Part shown: positions 51,794 to 55,888 of the stretch, piece after piece
Layout: each line of letters opens with the position of its first letter
How positions within the stretch are numbered: the first letter of the stretch is position 1
Origin: Octopus bimaculoides
Lineage: Eukaryota
NCBI RefSeq assembly: GCF_001194135.2
Contig: NC_069003.1
Location: forward strand, 3,013,652-3,069,539
Reading direction: 5' to 3'
DNA length: 55,888 bases
The notes under the pieces: model-generated
Told to the model about the DNA's origin: nothing
Database searches by the model: none
Seen by the model: only the letters and a program-made list of their open reading frames with translations
Program-made: the position numbers and the translations under genes

Positions 51794-52437
51794 ATAATGT
51801 TACTATTTCTTATATATTTGAAGAAGTGGTGTTACCCATGACATCTTTGTGAGTTTGTGAGACTAGGGAATGAATGAAATTTGCAGATGAGACCCGACCT
51901 ATAATTCTTACGCTAGTGCATACTCTGTTATAATTAGTGAATCAAGTGTTAAACCAAGCGATTGATTAATTATTTCACACAAGTGCTGCAGAAATATTTC
52001 ACGTAGAACTTTACGGCTGCCATTCGGCAGCTTCTTCTATTAAACACAGCTGCAAAAGTTGTCGCGCCGTAGAATGGAACAGAAAACCAAAATGAAACGA
52101 AGACAGAACCATTCCTGCATCAATTATATTTACAAATTATAAACCTATTCCTCTACCCTTTATACAAGTTCTATCTCGTTCCCAGAATTGGCAATATAAC
52201 AAAATGCTAATGTTCTACATCGTTCTGCCAAGTTCTGACTTCGTTTTAGGCCTGGACATTCACCAGATCCGAACGAACCCTATTAAATATTTATGGCACA
52301 TTTACAAAATGAAATCAGTATTCAAGTAAACCTGAAATCAAAATATTTCTATTTGTGGTTGTTCATGTAATAATACAGAAATTACAGCCTCCATTACTGA
52401 TGTTTGTTTGCGGCTGCCGTAATTATAACCGATGCAG

Positions 52438-52570
52438 CGAGAAGGCCGCTTGGCACAATCGTTAGCTTGTAGGGCAAAAATCATTAAGTATTTCTTGCGG
52501 TTATTTACCGTCTGAGTTCGAATATTGTTCAGGTCAAGTTTAACTTTCACCCTATCGGGGTCAAATACTT
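52438..52570 (+). mobile_element. SINE family A, diverged
   Basis: ttggcacaatcgttagc...ctgagttcgaat...ggtcaagtttaactttcaccctatcggggtc. Confidence 0.65.
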
Positions 52571-53567
52571 TAGACCTGGCCAGATTTAAGAATTCTTTTT
52601 ATTGTATTGTTTTCCATTATTGTATGGTCAGATGAAGAACTACAAGTCGCAGGGGGAAAGAATATTTTAGACCATGACACACGAGGCTGGAGATAAACAA
52701 TATTGGCTAAGATACTTTGGTTTTCAGAGAAAATGTTGTCTCGTAGCTCCATCCGAAATCGCACAAAAACTACTCATCTTTAGTTGTCACATTTGATTGT
52801 CTGGTCATTCCACAATATAAAGGTAAGAACAAGCCAGATATGACCTCCTTGACCAGTAATCTTTACCGTCACCATTGTGTATCTTTGGTGAAAGTATTCG
52901 CAAACATTTTTTTATAGTAGTTTATAGCCCACTAGTTCAACTTTCTGTAGGGCTCTGTCCTCCACTTTAAACGGCCTCGTGTGAATTCCGTTCAGGGATA
53001 GTAGTTATCGGTCAAGTAATTATTCTTAATCACCAAGTGAATCCCTCTTCACAATCCAAGGCAAATACCACCAGATAAAGCTGCTTAAAACAGGTATTTA
53101 ACTTATGTTAAAAAATAAAACTTCTCTTTCTCTAGAGAATGGCGAACATCAGAATAAAATGTTGAAAAAATAAATAGTGTAAATAACACGACTTTCTTAC
53201 ATTCGTAAAATTTGTTCTTGGTTTTCTTTACTTTATTTTATTGAAAGCATCAAAACAAATATAATAACGTAAAATTAGACATATAGAATATATGAGAAGT
53301 TCCAAATAACATTTATGTGTAAAAAATAGCTGGAACTAAAATTTATTTGCTTCAAATTATTTGAAAATTTATCAAAACCGAATGAAATTTAATGGTTAGA
53401 AAAGAAAAGAATAGTGTGAGTTTAAATCACGAGGAACTACTTTCGAGAAATGTTTATTTGTGTTTGATTTTGTTTCTAAAGTATCATAATTGTTTAATTA
53501 CATTTCTTGTGCACCTGTTCATATTTCTACGTTCCAACATATAATTTTCTTTTCTATTTTATCTTTT

Positions 53568-53770
53568 AGTTATTTCAGGCTTTGACTGCGGTCATGCTAG
53601 GGTAGACGAAAGAATGGAGCCCGGTATTCATTTTTTAAGGACTTATTTTGTCGGTTTCATTCGCCGAACTGGTACGTTACGTGACGTCAACACACCAACG
53701 CCGGTTGTCAAACGATGGTGAGGGGCAAATGCACAGACACTCACAAATAGATATGTATATATGTACGTTA
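53568..53770 (-). mobile_element. SINE family B, 3' half
   Basis: gactgcggtcatgctaggg...cgccgaac...acaccaacgccggttgtcaaa is complementary to 1990-2175 and similar to 13005-13030. Confidence 0.7.
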
Positions 53771-54744
53771 GAAGTTATGGCATCGCATAACTTCTTCCTA
53801 TACTCAGGCTCATGAGTTTAGGGAGAGCCACCATACTATTTCTGACTAGCTAGCAACATAGAATATTTGCTTTAAATATATTTACTGTCAGACGTTCGCC
53901 CGATGTAGTGTTGCTCCCACCCCCAACTTATTATTGTTTGTGTGTTCTTGTTTGTTTGATACTCACTTATATAATAATCGTTCATATGTGAGTGTATACA
54001 TACATATATATATCAAGAAATAAGATTTAAAACCCTTAATGTTGTAGTATATATATACTGTATTTAGAAACAAGAAAAAAACAGCTTTTATGTTTTGTTA
54101 CTGTTCTTGCTGTGTTTGTGCTCTCCAAGCCTTTTGGATAGAAACAATTGCCTCTTTACAGCATGTCTAACAGCGGAGATTTTTTCTCATCAATTGCACG
54201 ATACATAACTCGGGGCATTTCTTTTTTCTTGATCTGGACATCAATGCTCATGGGAGCAATCTCGTGACATATCGCCTTAGTGTAACACGACACGAATAAC
54301 CGGCCCGTACACTTTTAAATGAAAGTGATCATAAATATGATTATTTATCAGAATCTGTAGAGTTGTCAGACTAAATCCTTTGCTACATTTGGCCCGGTTC
54401 TCTATGTTATTATTTCGAACCCTGCCCACCTCGCATTTGCCTTGCATTTTGGCGGTGCCCCTGCATGGTTACAGACTTTCATCTAAAAGGCATACACAAT
54501 TATAAGAATAAGCAAGGAACTGATGCCATGACCAATGTCTTTGTTTTCTAAATTACTCTGGAACCAGCATGTTGCACTCTTTTCGCTCGTGCTGTTTCCC
54601 CTTAGCAGTTTTCGAGATAATCCAGTCGAAAATAATATAATTACTAACTTATTAAAGAAGCAACTCTGAGATTAATACATATTAACTTGTATTTGATATT
54701 TTGCTCAGTTTTCGATAAAATTCTATTGAGACTAGAATATTTCT

Positions 54745-54976
54745 TATTTCTTTATTGCCCACAAGGGGCTAAACATAGAGAGGACAAACAAAGACAGACA
54801 AATGGATTAAGTCGATTAAATCGACTCCAGTGCGTAGCTGGTACTTAATTTATCCACCCCGAAAGGATAAAAAGCAAAATCGACATCGGCGGAATTTGAA
54901 CTCAGAACATAGCAGTAGACGAAATACCTCTAAGCATTTTGCCCGGCGTGCTAATGTTTCTGCCAGCTCTCCGCCT
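54745..54976 (-). mobile_element. SINE family A, full-length copy with target-site duplication
   Basis: The minus strand begins aggcggagagctggcagaaacattagcacgccgggc, has B-box-like gagttcaaattcc and ends ...gggcaataaagaaata. It is flanked by ttgagacta(g/c)aatatttct at 54726-54744 and 54977-54995. Confidence 0.9.
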
Positions 54977-55847
54977 TTGAGACTACAATATTTCTATTTC
55001 TAATAAGGCTTGTGTTTCATCCGTGTGGATCCTACATTGTTTACTTCCAGAATTCTTAAGCATTTTAAAATCTGTCTTTAGTCTAATTCTTTATCCTATA
55101 TTTCTATTTTTCTCGACTATGACATTAAAGATTTCTTATTTTTTAATTAATTTACCTTCTTCAGTTGTTCCAAAACAAATCTCATGCCAATTTCCCTACA
55201 GCATCCATTCTTTGTTTACAACATAGTTACTATTTCTTTGCTATCTACAGTATACAACTGGAGGTAAAAATATAGTTGATTATCATACCATAAAAATTGT
55301 ATTGTGTTTCTATCCTCTTTGCTTTATCGTTCTCGTTAACAACGTTTGCACCAGACAAAATTTAAAGGAATGGAATATTTCCATTGCAATTTTGTTGGCC
55401 CTTGCGTTTCTTTTCTTTTTAATTTTTGCTGTGCAGTTTTATTTTGTTGCTTGGTTCGTTACAATTATCTGCCGTTTACTTAAGCCAGACCTATCTATAA
55501 TATTATTGGTGTTAACAGCTTTGTAGATAAATTCTCAAACTTCAGATGCAGTATACTACTCAAAGCAGATTGTACAAGCTAACGAAAACGTTTTGACTAG
55601 GTGGGTAAGCAAGCTACATTTTCTTTAAAATTACTGTTCCAAGATGAAGTGAAAATTGCATCATTTTTCTATTCATTGGCCATGTTGTTATTGTTGTTTT
55701 CAAGAATGTAGTCTATATTCATTTTGTTCAAGTTCATGCTGTCGACCAATGGTCAAATCTTCGATGTATGCGAAGTAGAGTGTATGCGTTGGACGAGTCT
55801 GAATTGAATGACAGCAGACAGCCCCATGTACACAGAATACCTCATCG

Positions 55848-55880
<33 letters not shown>

Positions 55881-55888
55881 CATATATA

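Noticed and set aside
55302-55830. Hydrophobic 74-aa ORF and adjacent coding-looking sequence
   Set aside because: T-rich composition explains the hydrophobicity, all frames have stops, and there is no family motif.

Overview
AT-rich, microsatellite-saturated eukaryotic non-coding DNA with about 8 kb of N in 18 gaps, almost all flanked by simple repeats. The repeat families look like those of an octopus genome; this is my recollection and inference, not a database result. I found no protein-coding exon I can support, and nearly all ORF-track entries are microsatellite or N artefacts. The identifiable content is mobile-element debris: four tRNA-headed SINE-like families, relics of CR1-, Tx1- and R4/Dong-type LINEs, two copies of a mariner-like MITE and a candidate solo LTR. 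The most interesting signal is SINE family D (47211-47518 and 37361-37726). It joins a Pol III tRNA-like head, an internal (AAT)n and a minimal type I hammerhead-ribozyme motif with a loop-less ACGU helix III. Both insertions carry inverted duplications at the 5' junction. Together these suggest a ribozyme-bearing SINE mobilised by a Penelope-like element (PLE). Every hammerhead copy in this window carries a lesion, so activity is inferred only for the reconstructed consensus.
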